A stretch of DNA of 64,000 bases from an uncultured Oligoflexus sp. GTDB lineage: Bacteria > Bdellovibrionota_B > Oligoflexia > Oligoflexales > Oligoflexaceae. The position numbers and the translations under genes were made by a program. Below are positions 48,994 through 58,808 of the stretch, in pieces. Below the pieces are notes generated by a model that was not told the origin of the DNA, searched no databases, and worked only from the letters and a program-made list of their open reading frames with translations. Position 1 is the first letter of the stretch; every line of letters starts with the position of its first letter. Location: NCBI GenBank assembly GCA_964236955.1, contig CAXSGP010000002.1, positions 56,038 to 120,037 on the forward strand, in the 5' to 3' direction.

Positions 48994-49665
48994 ATGAAAC
49001 TTTATGTCTACATTATGCCCGTTGCATTTGCTATGGCTTGTACTCAAGGAAGTAAATTCAAAGGTGCTGCTAATGTTGCCGTTCCTAAGCCAGTGGCTAA
49101 AGAGGAAAACATAGAGCCGGAAGCCGGGGAATCTCCAGGGGATGAGCCGCTTGAAAAAGTAGAACCAGAAGGTCCAGCCAAACCGGTTAAAGCAGAAACA
49201 AAGACCGTCGAGACGACAGTTACGGCAATTAAAATCGGTATTAACTTTGAAGACACAGTTGGTGGCTCAAGTGACAAAGATCATAATGATGCCGTATTGT
49301 GCTTTTCAGGTGAATTTAACCTCGACACCAAAAACACCACGATTGTCTCGATCAAAGATCAAACCATACTTCCGACAACCTTAAGTTCAAGCGATTGCTT
49401 CCACAACATTATAGTTGATATCACTCATAAAGATGGATCAAAGGAACCGACACAAATATTTGCAAGCAGCCTATACAATGAAAAATCTAAACAGAAAAAT
49501 CCAGATATGGATGCCAAAGTCCCGCCTTCTTTGACCTTTAAAAAAGGCGACAGCCTTGAGGTTCATATGGTTCCAACGACGGCCAGCTGCGATCCTAGCT
49601 TTACCCGGGACATGCATAATCCAATGTATGCAGCCGTTGAGCCCAATAAGTGCAGAGGCGAGTAA
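48994..49665 (+). CDS. Hypothetical lipoprotein with DUF4114/LecB-like acidic loop
   Basis: GAGGT SD, lipobox-like AMAC, Pro/Glu linker, NFED...DKDHNDAV motif. Confidence 0.68.
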   Translation: MKLYVYIMPVAFAMACTQGSKFKGAANVAVPKPVAKEENIEPEAGESPGDEPLEKVEPEGPAKPVKAETKTVETTVTAIKIGINFEDTVGGSSDKDHNDAVLCFSGEFNLDTKNTTIVSIKDQTILPTTLSSSDCFHNIIVDITHKDGSKEPTQIFASSLYNEKSKQKNPDMDAKVPPSLTFKKGDSLEVHMVPTTASCDPSFTRDMHNPMYAAVEPNKCRGE

Positions 49666-49876
49666 AAATGAGTCGGTGACGCCTGCGCCCTGTGCTTTAT
49701 AAATTATCGACTGCAGCTTGTCGACGACCCAATTTAGAGGAAGCATAAAACAAGCCCTTAAGACTTAAGACTTAAGGCCGAAAGATCTGGCAGGTTTTCG
49801 ATCTCAGCTGAAAATGGATCACTATATAGGATGCGTTTTCTTCCAGAACATAAATTGCTTTTCCGACAAATTGATG

Positions 49877-49914
49877 AGGGCTGCAAAGAAAATCGGAATT
49901 TTCAATGCAGCCCT
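49877..49914. terminator. Hairpin between convergent genes
   Basis: AGGGCTGCA..GAAAAT-CGGA-ATTTTC..TGCAGCCCT. Confidence 0.55.
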
Positions 49915-49950
49915 TCCTACTTGCCGAATCTTTAATTCAACAGTTTCTCC

Positions 49951-51447
49951 TCACAGTCCCGGCTTGGTAACCGCATTAGAGTCCAAGGTTACAGCAGTCT
50001 GCGCCAAAGCCCGGCCGTTCAAAACCGCTCCGGTTTCCAAAACAATTTGAGTGTGGCTCAAGATCACCCCATTAAAGCTCGACGTTGTGCCAAGTGTAAC
50101 CTTACCTGCCACCTGCCAAAAAATATTTTTAGGCAGAGCGCCACCGCTCAGAGTCATGTGAACGCCGTTTGCTACGGTTACATCCTGCGCAATTTGAAAG
50201 ATCCAAACATCATTTTCGCTACCAGCGAGCGTAATATCCGAAGTCATAAGCAAGCCCGTTCCCCATTTGTAAAGACCGGGAACCATCGTCTTACCACTGA
50301 TATCGCCGGCACCAAGTTCAACGAAATCCGGGATTTTTCGGCCAGCTGCATCGGTGTAAGCCAATTCCATATCGCTCACCGCAGTCGTCAGATTCGAAGG
50401 GCTAGGCACAGCCATGTCGGCAGCAAACATCTTGCCTGTGACCAGAATGGACGAAGCAAAGACATTGCTGGCATCAAGCGATTCCGAAAAACCCGTCATA
50501 AAACTCTGAGCCGCTGGACTCAAGCCCAGGTTACCGACGATGGTGGTTGTACCGGTCGTGGAAATTGCCGATTTCGCCAGTATCACATAGTCACCCGATG
50601 TCCCCAAGGCTACCGGCGACGGCCCCATAGCCGCGTTGGCTCCGGTTGTAAAGGTCCAAACCACTGAGGTGGCAAGGGCATTCCCGGCTAGATCTTTGAC
50701 GTCCGTGGTCACGGTTACGGTATAAATTGTTTGGGCTTCCAGGGCCGCGCTTGGATGAAAAGTGGCGGTGCTTCCGGAATAGCTTACCGTGCCGGCAAGC
50801 AGGGCCCCGGATGGACGGCTCACCTTAAAGCTTTCCGTCGTAATCGTCGTCGGATCCATGGCTTCATCAAAGGTCACCGTCAGCTGCCGGTTGGTAGGAA
50901 CATTGGCAGCCGAAGCGCTTGGATAATTTTCCTTCGCAAGAGGGGCAAGCACGTCGCCTGTAGAGCCTGTGGTGAAGCTCCACGAGTATTCATTTGCCAA
51001 GGCGATACCCAAAAGACTTTTTGCTGCGGTCGAAATTTTCGCCGTGTAGACAGTGCCAGCAGCGAGATTCACCGACGGGGCAAAAGTAAAGACCAGGGGT
51101 GCGTCAGCTGGCGCATGGTTTACCGTGCCAGCGATCACAGTGTTGTCAGCCGCTGTCAGGGTAAAGGATTCGGCATTGAGAGTAGAGGCTAACATCACCT
51201 CACTGAAGGTCACGGAAATTTTTCTGTTAAGCGCAATATCACTTGCGAAAGCCGAGGGATTGGTGGCGCTGACTGTAGCGGACGTCGTCGTTTCAACAGC
51301 AGTATCCTTATGCGTGATACTGGGATCATTACTCACAACCGCCGGATCTTTAGCTTTCGCATTATCGTCGGCGCTGCAAGCTGCAAAGGAGAGAGAAAGG
51401 GCAATAGACGACACCAGCCCGACGGACTTTTTCGAAAAACTTTTCAT
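49951..51447 (-). CDS. Ice-binding (DUF3494) lipoprotein with two Ig-like (Big_5) domains
   Basis: Lipobox FAAC; two domains ending W[ST]FTT with VTFSE/VTFDE; DUF3494 motifs YVILAKSAIS, GNLGLSP, PGLYKW, WIFQI, KNIFWQVAG, GRALAQTAVTLD. Confidence 0.9.
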   Translation of the reverse strand: MKSFSKKSVGLVSSIALSLSFAACSADDNAKAKDPAVVSNDPSITHKDTAVETTTSATVSATNPSAFASDIALNRKISVTFSEVMLASTLNAESFTLTAADNTVIAGTVNHAPADAPLVFTFAPSVNLAAGTVYTAKISTAAKSLLGIALANEYSWSFTTGSTGDVLAPLAKENYPSASAANVPTNRQLTVTFDEAMDPTTITTESFKVSRPSGALLAGTVSYSGSTATFHPSAALEAQTIYTVTVTTDVKDLAGNALATSVVWTFTTGANAAMGPSPVALGTSGDYVILAKSAISTTGTTTIVGNLGLSPAAQSFMTGFSESLDASNVFASSILVTGKMFAADMAVPSPSNLTTAVSDMELAYTDAAGRKIPDFVELGAGDISGKTMVPGLYKWGTGLLMTSDITLAGSENDVWIFQIAQDVTVANGVHMTLSGGALPKNIFWQVAGKVTLGTTSSFNGVILSHTQIVLETGAVLNGRALAQTAVTLDSNAVTKPGL

Positions 51448-51581
51448 TTTTTCAATCCTTAAGATGAGAGAACAAGAGTGAGATCGAGATAGATAGAAAG
51501 AGAGTCATACAGACAGTCGTCATGAGCCGGCCCCGGCGACCAAGCTTAATTCCATTTGAAGCATCATGACGTTCCAAACAC

Positions 51582-51608
51582 CTATCGGTATCCCGGCCAA
51601 AAAATTCA
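51582..51608 (-). promoter_or_regulatory. Possible sigma-28-type promoter of the ice-binding protein gene
   Basis: Minus strand TGAA-N15-ACCGATAG. Confidence 0.4.
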
Positions 51609-52115
51609 GTCAATATGAGAAGTTAAATCCGATATTTAGACGAAAACTGGTGATTTCACCAAGCAAATGCCAAGTGATATTAAGGAGATGGAGACACAAA
51701 AGGATTAGCTGGTCAGCTTGTCGTGAAAAGGCAGGCCAAAGTCCTAGCCATACTCATGATATCATTATATTTTATTGGTTAAAACCGCTCCTTAAATGGG
51801 GTCAATTCCATGCCGGCAACCCATACCAATCAATCTGCGATCACCTGATGGAAAGATCAGAAGCACGCCGGTCCAAACAAGCTGTAAAGGCTAGCAATCA
51901 GCATCCATCGACAGTTCGCCCTAGACCGGCCCCTCCCTACTGTCCGGGCCATTAGCATGGCTTTAAACGCCCGCAATAGGCCCTCCCGTTGGCCCTATAA
52001 AAAAAAGCGCTGCCAATCCCACGAGAAGACTAGCAACTCTCTTAGTTTTTATTCTTCCCTAAATGACTTCCTAAGTCACCTGAGCTAAAGGGCCGCTCCA
52101 GCGCGAGAAATCAAC

Positions 52116-52142
52116 TCAAGGAATGCCATCCGTCGCCGAAGA
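52116..52142 (+). promoter_or_regulatory. Sigma-28-type promoter
   Basis: TCAA-N15-GCCGAAGA upstream of the REC-TPR/CheA-like pair. Confidence 0.5.
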
Positions 52143-52163
52143 GCTTTCGGCATCGGTTCCCTT

Positions 52164-53360
52164 TTGGAGTCGCTGTTCGACGGGGTCAAACAATTGAGTA
52201 ATTTTGATAAAAATTTGACGGTACTGGTCCTGTCGGCCCAGAAGGATCACGTAGAGACTATTGTCAAAGCGCTTAAGAAACTGGAGATTACCAATATCCA
52301 AACGATGGATAACGGAATCGAGGCCCTGCAGACACTCACAGAAACAAAATTCGGTCTTTTGATATCGGATCAAAACATTCGGTTCATATCCGGATGGCTG
52401 CTGATTAAGGAAATCAAGACCTCGGATAAGGTACCCAACATCCCAACGATACTCTTTGGCAAGGATGGTCAACCCGAAAGCGACGAAGTGCTGAAACGCT
52501 ACGGCCTGATCAAATACCTTAAATTCCCAGTCACCGCCTCCGACCTTGAATTCACCATCTACTCGACCGTCACCTTGAGCAATACCTCGGGAACCGTTGA
52601 ATACAAATATACCAAAGCCAAGGACTCGCTGATCCAAAACCGATCCGCTGAAGCTATCGAACGATATTCTGAACTGCGGTCTCTGACCAAAAATGGTCCA
52701 CGCAGTTCGATGGGCTTGGCACAAGCCTTTCTCCAGGATAACAAGACCGATGCTGCTGGCAAGGTCATGGAGGAACTGGCGACGAGCGACGAGAAATCAC
52801 CAGGGCAATCTTTGCTCCTAGCTAAAATCCTGCTGCAAAAGCAGGACAATGCTGGAGCCGTCGCTCTCTTCGAAAGTGTGATCGTGGAAATACCCAATGG
52901 CTTCTATTTCACCAAGATCATTCGCCTTCTCAATGAATTTCAACAGCTCACCGCCGCTGCCGCCTTCTGTCTGCAGGCCATGGAGAAAGACCTGGCGCGT
53001 CCCGAATTTTTGGTCTGCCTGGCCAAAGAACGTTATAACGCCCATGATATTCCAAAATCATTAGAATACGTGAAAAAACACGACACGTTATTTGGCATGA
53101 CGAATGAGTTGCATAACATCCGCGGCGTGTGCTTTAAAAAGTCTGGCGATTTCGACAAGGCCATCGAATCCTACGAAATGGCGCTTAGACTTAGCCCGAC
53201 CGATGCCCGAGTCTACTTTAACCTTGCTATGTGTTCGATCGCCGTAAAACGCAATGAAGAGGCTATCCATTACCTTCAGACCTGCTTGAAGTATGCGCCG
53301 ACCTTTCCCAAGGCCAAGGAAAAACTGGACGAAATTCTCAAAAGGACAGCTGCAGCATGA
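52164..53360 (+). CDS. Atypical response regulator with TPR repeats
   Basis: N-terminal receiver (NGIEAL, LLISD, SGWLL) plus C-terminal TPRs (NIRGVCFKKSGDFDKAIESYEMALRLSP, YFNLAMC); start uncertain. Confidence 0.82.
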   Translation: MESLFDGVKQLSNFDKNLTVLVLSAQKDHVETIVKALKKLEITNIQTMDNGIEALQTLTETKFGLLISDQNIRFISGWLLIKEIKTSDKVPNIPTILFGKDGQPESDEVLKRYGLIKYLKFPVTASDLEFTIYSTVTLSNTSGTVEYKYTKAKDSLIQNRSAEAIERYSELRSLTKNGPRSSMGLAQAFLQDNKTDAAGKVMEELATSDEKSPGQSLLLAKILLQKQDNAGAVALFESVIVEIPNGFYFTKIIRLLNEFQQLTAAAAFCLQAMEKDLARPEFLVCLAKERYNAHDIPKSLEYVKKHDTLFGMTNELHNIRGVCFKKSGDFDKAIESYEMALRLSPTDARVYFNLAMCSIAVKRNEEAIHYLQTCLKYAPTFPKAKEKLDEILKRTAAA

Positions 53361-55378
53361 ATGACTTTGGTTCTGCCTTTGATCAAAACATGTTTGACAA
53401 TCTGCTGGGCGGCGGTGACAGCGGCGCGAAGCAATATGAATACAAGGCCGTCGCCATTGTCGACCGCTATTCGCGAGATCTGATCCATAAGCTGCAAAGC
53501 ACCTACCCTAAGGTGCGGATTACCTTCGGGCAGTACCACGAAAAGCCTGCTAATTTTTTGGATGATGCCGACTTGGTGCTCATCGAGTGTCGGCTGATGG
53601 AGGGCTTCAAGGACCTCAAGATGATCAGCGCCATTCGCCAGGAACGTCCCTTCATCCCCATCATTTCCATCAGCAGCAATCTCGATCAGGAGTTCATGCA
53701 GGCGGCGTTCGAAGCCGGCGTATTTGATTATGTAAGCTCGGAAACCAGCCCGGAAATATTGCATGCAAAACTCCGCTGCATCGTTCGCATCACGGATTCA
53801 TCGCGTCATCTGGAATTGAAGAACCAGGAAGCCGTCGACTCGATGAAGTCGATGCGCCGTTCCAAAGAAAAGCTCAAAGAGGAGATCAACAATCGACTCG
53901 AAGCTGAGACGCAAAAAGAATTTGCCAATGAGCTCGCCGAAATCCATCAGCAGAACAAGGAAATTCTCGACAACCTAAGAGAAGCTTTTTTCATAGTAAA
54001 GAAAGACCTCATTATCGATGAAACGACGTCAGCATCATGCCTCTCGCTCTTCGGCCAGGAGATCGCCGGCCGCCAAGTGGGCAAAGCCCTGCTGCTCAAA
54101 CAAGACAAAGCCAGTTTTATCGAGATGAATCTAGAGCAGCTTTTTGACGATTTTATGCCGGAACACGTGACCCTGCAAATGATCCCGCATCAAGTCATCA
54201 CGGAAAGCAACCGGGTTTTAGATCTGGCCTACACTGTCATTCACGATGAGCAGAAAAAGCCTGAACGCGTGATTATCGCAGCATCCGATGTTACGGAAAC
54301 CATCCGCCAAAAGCAGCTCTTTCAAAAGCAGATGCATCTTTTCCATAGCTTGTTTTTTATTTTGCAAAATGCCGAATCCTTCGGTGAATTTCTGGCCGAT
54401 TTTAAAAGCGACCTCGCAGCCATGGGGGAGACCCGGCAACGCGAGACAGCCTTAAGAATATTGCACACTATCAAGGGCAATGCGGGTGTCTACACTCTCG
54501 ACTTCCTATCGAAACGCGTGCATTCCATCGAAACCAAAATTGCCAAGAAACGCACAGGTGATGCCGTTTTTTTTGATTTCATGGCCAAGGTTGCTGTTGA
54601 CCTGGAGCAGCAAATGGTTAATTTCCTAGTTGAGCATCACAAGATTCTTGGCATCGAATACGGTGAATCCCGAAAGGATCGATACCTGATTTCCGGCAGT
54701 CAGTTGCAGGATCTCTCGCGCCTTGCGGAGGCCGGCGATAAAGGCAGCATAGAAGTCTTGCACAAAGAACTGCTGCTGCTGCGTTTCAGGCCTCTCAGCG
54801 TCCTAACGTCGACTCTGCCCAATGTCGTCAATCGCGTTATAGAAAAGCTGGAAAAGAAGGTGATTTTCAGCATTCATGGCGATGAACTGCGCACCAATAC
54901 CGATCCCCTTTCCCCGCTGTTTCGCAGCATGGTTCACCTTCTGAATAATGCCTGTGACCACGGCATCGAACACCCTGACCAACGCCTGGAACTTGAAAAG
55001 GACCCCTGTGGCACCCTGTCTCTGACCATGGATGCGGATGGTCAGGGCGGACTTGATATCGCCATCAAAGACGACGGGCGTGGGATCGATTCAAACAAGA
55101 TTCGTGAGCTGGCGCTCGAAAAAAAGCTGCTAAGCGAGGCGAACCTCAATAAACTCAGCGAAGAAGAAGTAAACTGCCTGATTTTTCTCGATGGCTTTTC
55201 CACTACCACCACCGTCTCCCAGACTTCAGGCCGGGGCGTGGGCATGGCCGCTGTGAAGGCCGAGGTTGAAGCCCTGAAGGGCACCATTCATATCGAGACC
55301 GCAGTGGGCAAGGGCACCCGCTTCCTCATCAATATTCCAGATGTCATCCTCTTAGACAGGTCTAGCAAAGCGGCTTAG
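53357..55378 (+). CDS. CheA-like histidine kinase (pseudo-REC, PAS-like, Hpt, HATPase; no CheW domain)
   Basis: LHTIKG Hpt, HLLNNACDHGIE, DDGRGID, FLDGFST, SGRGVGM; ends right after the ATPase domain. Confidence 0.85.
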   Translation: MNDFGSAFDQNMFDNLLGGGDSGAKQYEYKAVAIVDRYSRDLIHKLQSTYPKVRITFGQYHEKPANFLDDADLVLIECRLMEGFKDLKMISAIRQERPFIPIISISSNLDQEFMQAAFEAGVFDYVSSETSPEILHAKLRCIVRITDSSRHLELKNQEAVDSMKSMRRSKEKLKEEINNRLEAETQKEFANELAEIHQQNKEILDNLREAFFIVKKDLIIDETTSASCLSLFGQEIAGRQVGKALLLKQDKASFIEMNLEQLFDDFMPEHVTLQMIPHQVITESNRVLDLAYTVIHDEQKKPERVIIAASDVTETIRQKQLFQKQMHLFHSLFFILQNAESFGEFLADFKSDLAAMGETRQRETALRILHTIKGNAGVYTLDFLSKRVHSIETKIAKKRTGDAVFFDFMAKVAVDLEQQMVNFLVEHHKILGIEYGESRKDRYLISGSQLQDLSRLAEAGDKGSIEVLHKELLLLRFRPLSVLTSTLPNVVNRVIEKLEKKVIFSIHGDELRTNTDPLSPLFRSMVHLLNNACDHGIEHPDQRLELEKDPCGTLSLTMDADGQGGLDIAIKDDGRGIDSNKIRELALEKKLLSEANLNKLSEEEVNCLIFLDGFSTTTTVSQTSGRGVGMAAVKAEVEALKGTIHIETAVGKGTRFLINIPDVILLDRSSKAA

Positions 55379-55657
55379 GATAAGCCGATTAAAACTGGTT
55401 AAGCCATAAGCTGCAGCAGAACTCTCGATGGAAAGGCAATGGCTAGACCCATAGAATAGGAGCGGCATGCCCGGCCGCTTGGATAGTTGCCTTCTTCCCG
55501 GTCAAAATAGCATAAAATCGGAAGGGCTAATGTGAGGGACGGGGGAGTGGGGGTCGAGGCGCGATTTCAGGCAAAGAATGGATTTCAATCAGTCCCTGGA
55601 CACTCGAGACTGTGAAGGACCCAAGTAGAGGGCCTTGGAGCCCCCCCGGCTCAGACC

Positions 55658-56182
55658 TTATATCGTATCCCAGCCGATCAGTACTTCTTTCATTTTCTCT
55701 CCCGCAATCTCGCAGTCCAGCTCTGAGATCACCTTACCGCCCATTGCATTGTAGAATCCGATGCTTGGATTAGCCTTAAGCACCCAAAGCATGGCGTTTT
55801 GAAAGCCAGCCGTTCTTAGCTCACGGCACGAAGCATCAAATAAGATTCCACCGGTTCCGAGGGCCTGGAATTCCTTGAGAAGGTAGAGCGCATAGATCTC
55901 TCCATCATAGGGCAGGTTTGGATGATCGCGCTTGGGTCCACTGCTGACAAAACCAACAACTTTTTTCTTGTCTTTGTCGTAGGCAATCAGCACATGCGAC
56001 CGAGGCGTATACTGATGCAGAATCGAGGTCCACATCTTTTCACGATCTTCATATTTCAATTGATCCAGATAGTTCTGCGACACAATTCCGGAATAGGTGC
56101 TGCGCCAACTCTCAACATGAACGAAGGCAATATCTTTTGCGTCTTCGGGCCGAGCGGCACGAATGACTATCTCTGAGGACAT
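55658..56182 (-). CDS. GNAT family N-acetyltransferase
   Basis: IRAARPEDA..IA.VHVESW..TY, GEIYALYL, LWVL..N...FY..MGG; GAGGT SD before ATG 56182. Confidence 0.88.
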   Translation of the reverse strand: MSSEIVIRAARPEDAKDIAFVHVESWRSTYSGIVSQNYLDQLKYEDREKMWTSILHQYTPRSHVLIAYDKDKKKVVGFVSSGPKRDHPNLPYDGEIYALYLLKEFQALGTGGILFDASCRELRTAGFQNAMLWVLKANPSIGFYNAMGGKVISELDCEIAGEKMKEVLIGWDTI

Positions 56183-56675
56183 AGGACACCTCGGTATGAT
56201 CTTCAAAAAGTCCCAAGGAGTGCAGCTGCTGCTAGGAAGTTGCCAAGCATTGGGATGAAACCATTGATAGTACGACAAAATACGCGAAAAATCGATTCTA
56301 TTCTGAACGGATATCAATGGCCTCGCCTATAATTCCATGCCAAGGAAGGCGTCTGTGTTGGACAGGCATGGCTTTTCAGCGAAAGAGGGGAAAGCTGGCG
56401 CGGCTTTCTATTGGTTCAATAAGGAGCGCCTTTTGCAAAAACACCTGGGAATAAATGATGCTTATGCGCTTGCCTCCTTTTGGTAAGAATCGGGACAGGG
56501 GGCAAGGCTAATTGCAGGGCATCGTAACAGTTTTAAAGCCATGATATTTTAGCGATGGCCGTTCCCTTCTTCTAAGTGGGCCGTTTCATTAAATGTCTTT
56601 CACCCGTAATCCAGGGTCATTATTGTCCGCAATATTCCTGCATTAGCACATTCTCATCGTTTTGCCTTCAATCCG

Positions 56676-56683
56676 GCCGATAA
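56676..56683 (+). promoter_or_regulatory. Sigma-28-type -10 element
   Basis: GCCGATAA 18 nt upstream of ATG 56702; -35 box weak. Confidence 0.45.
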
Positions 56684-56701
56684 TATTAACGGAGGAACAA
56701 T

Positions 56702-57274
56702 ATGAAAACGTACATGCTGCTATTATCCGTGGCACTGCTTGCATCCTGCGGGACAAAGAGTAAATTTTCTGGTGATAGCGAAACCCCAACGGGCGACCTA
56801 ACAGCAAGTCCGAAGCCGGCCGACGCGCCTGCAACGGCGCCCTATAGCAGCAGTGTCGAGCCGACAACGATTCATGGCGAACCTGCCAAAGTTCCCGCCA
56901 GTGATTCTATTGTGCCAGCCCGGGCGGTAAAAGCTGGAAGTTTTGAAGTTTGGGCGGAGCCTCCATTCCCTGATAAATTTACAATTTACACGGTCTACGT
57001 AAAGGTTACCCTCACGAATAAAGATCTTCTCAACAGCTTTTCCTCAAAAGACGTAAACGGGAATCTCTCGGGGACCGATGGATTTACAACCATCTTCAAC
57101 GCAAACTCGGGCGGCGGGAAAAATTTCGAAAAACTCGGCGATGGCGCTCTGCTTCATTACGAAGTATTTGGTGGCGGAACATTCGTCGAAGACACCGTTG
57201 TTCTAAATTCCGTTATTTTAAATGAATCTCAAGTCGTTAAAATAATATTTCAGGAGACTGACACAGGGGGTTGA
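56702..57274 (+). CDS. Hypothetical lipoprotein
   Basis: GGAGGA SD, lipobox LASC, Pro/Ala linker, beta-rich C-terminal domain. Confidence 0.72.
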   Translation: MKTYMLLLSVALLASCGTKSKFSGDSETPTGDLTASPKPADAPATAPYSSSVEPTTIHGEPAKVPASDSIVPARAVKAGSFEVWAEPPFPDKFTIYTVYVKVTLTNKDLLNSFSSKDVNGNLSGTDGFTTIFNANSGGGKNFEKLGDGALLHYEVFGGGTFVEDTVVLNSVILNESQVVKIIFQETDTGG

Positions 57275-57313
57275 TTGAGACATCGAAACCGCTCGAGGAC
57301 CAAACCTAGGAAG

Positions 57314-57342
57314 GGCCGGGATCATATCCGGCCACTTTCTTT
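57314..57342 (+). terminator. Putative intrinsic terminator
   Basis: GGCCGGGAT-CAT-ATCCGGCC followed by ACTTTCTTT. Confidence 0.5.
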
Positions 57343-57411
57343 CCCTACAGCCGGGAGGTTCAACTGCCTCAGTCAACGGGCCTGGCACCAAGGCGTCACG
57401 GAAAAAAAGGC

Positions 57412-58494
57412 TTAAGGCAACCTGCCGAAATCAAAGAGCGCTATGTTATCCAGCAATGTCCCCCATTCATTCGGCAGGCCGATCTCTTCGAACTCGATTC
57501 GAACCGGTCCCGAATGTCTGGCAAAAAATAGCAGTTCTTTTCGAATCCATCGATTCTCAGTCGCAACGAGATTGAGAAGGGGCCGACCATCAACGCGCGT
57601 GATAAACTGCTGAAGGTCATTATATTCACCACGCCGTTGATAGTAAAATACCAAACGATAGGCGTGTTCGGCTTGAAGATTGACATCTTGATAGAGAGCG
57701 ATATCACCGGCCCCTTTAGCACCTGTCGTTGGACAGCCGGTATCCAATTCAGCACTTTGATTACCATCGACAGGAACGATGACGGAGGACAGCAGGAGTT
57801 CGACAAAGGCATAGGGACATCTGGTTCGAGCGGTTAACCTGGATTTCCAGTATAATTGATCACCCGGTGAAACATAGAGATAATTAGCTCCATTCGCGGG
57901 AACAAGGGCTTCAAAACTCCCATCCTGAATAAGATTGGCTGGTGACTGATCCCCCACCATGACCCAATCGAAAACCATTGCAGCATTTCCGTCGACCAAG
58001 CCTATTGCGAAACTTCCGGTGATATCAGCTGGAACGAGAAGCTTCCACAATCCAAAGCCAGTATGAGTGAAGCTTGCTTTCGTCCATGCATGGTCTGGGC
58101 CTATGATGAGGTAGGCATCGACAATTGCGGGATCAATGGGTTTGGTATCGATTGCAATCGTTCGGCAGCTTAATTCGCGCGAGTCAGAAAGGAAGGAACA
58201 GCTGAGGGAGGCACCACCGATCACTCCTGGAACTGCCGCCGCAGATACATCGATTTCAAAGTCGGGATTAGCAATGGCGTTGGGATCGCCTTGACCGTTT
58301 GGAGTCCCGTCGCGCGGCTCGTTCAAAGGATTATTATTTTCATCACTGCTTATGGCGCCATCATCGGCTCGATTCGCGGTACTTATAAACTTATTGCGGT
58401 TCATGTTGCCGTTTCCGCTTGAGCAGGCGAATGGGCTAAGGCTGAGGCCTAGGCCAAGAATAGAGACGAATTTCTTCGCATGGGTATAGCGCAT
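57412..58494 (-). CDS. Lipoprotein with C-terminal DUF642/galactose-binding-like domain
   Basis: Lipobox-like FAC; NLIQDGSFE, DGNQSAELD, LYQDV...YRLVF, GTLLDNI; start taken at MRYTH. Confidence 0.7.
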   Translation of the reverse strand: MRYTHAKKFVSILGLGLSLSPFACSSGNGNMNRNKFISTANRADDGAISSDENNNPLNEPRDGTPNGQGDPNAIANPDFEIDVSAAAVPGVIGGASLSCSFLSDSRELSCRTIAIDTKPIDPAIVDAYLIIGPDHAWTKASFTHTGFGLWKLLVPADITGSFAIGLVDGNAAMVFDWVMVGDQSPANLIQDGSFEALVPANGANYLYVSPGDQLYWKSRLTARTRCPYAFVELLLSSVIVPVDGNQSAELDTGCPTTGAKGAGDIALYQDVNLQAEHAYRLVFYYQRRGEYNDLQQFITRVDGRPLLNLVATENRWIRKELLFFARHSGPVRIEFEEIGLPNEWGTLLDNIALFDFGRLP

Positions 58495-58526
58495 GGATAA
58501 CCTTCCTAACGAGCGAACTATTCCTT

Positions 58527-58554
58527 CATTCGGCCAAGCTTTTAATAATGTTGA
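58527..58554 (-). promoter_or_regulatory. Possible sigma-28-type promoter
   Basis: Minus strand TCAA-N16-GCCGAATG; a second minus-strand GCCGATAA lies at 58631-58638. Confidence 0.4.
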
Positions 58555-58743
58555 ATAAGAAAATTTTTGCTTGTCCCCGTCCCTAGTTAAAGCGCTCGGG
58601 ACTCCAGCTATAGTTTTGGCGGCAAGCGGCTTATCGGCTTTCAACTCTTAGCTCAGGTAGGGTTGACGGCAGCGACAGGCCCCCCCCGATCAGCGGTCCC
58701 CAACTGCCTTCCAGAACAATCGATTTTATTCCAAGCGAAACAT

Positions 58744-58770
58744 TCAATATAAGCGCGTCTTTGCCGATAA
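58744..58770 (+). promoter_or_regulatory. Sigma-28-type promoter
   Basis: TCAA-N15-GCCGATAA, 38 nt upstream of ATG 58809. Confidence 0.6.
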
Positions 58771-58808
58771 ATTACGATCCTTGGTCTTATTTCGGGAAAG
58801 GCATCGGA

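Noticed and set aside
49757..49776. CTTAAGA tandem repeat (about 3 copies)
   Set aside because: Too short, has no spacers and lies between convergent genes; not CRISPR and no evident function
51566..51955. 129-aa ORF in a divergent intergenic region, and similar ORFs at 39425-39637 and 63643-63942
   Set aside because: No SD or motifs and atypical composition; they lie in likely regulatory or intergenic regions
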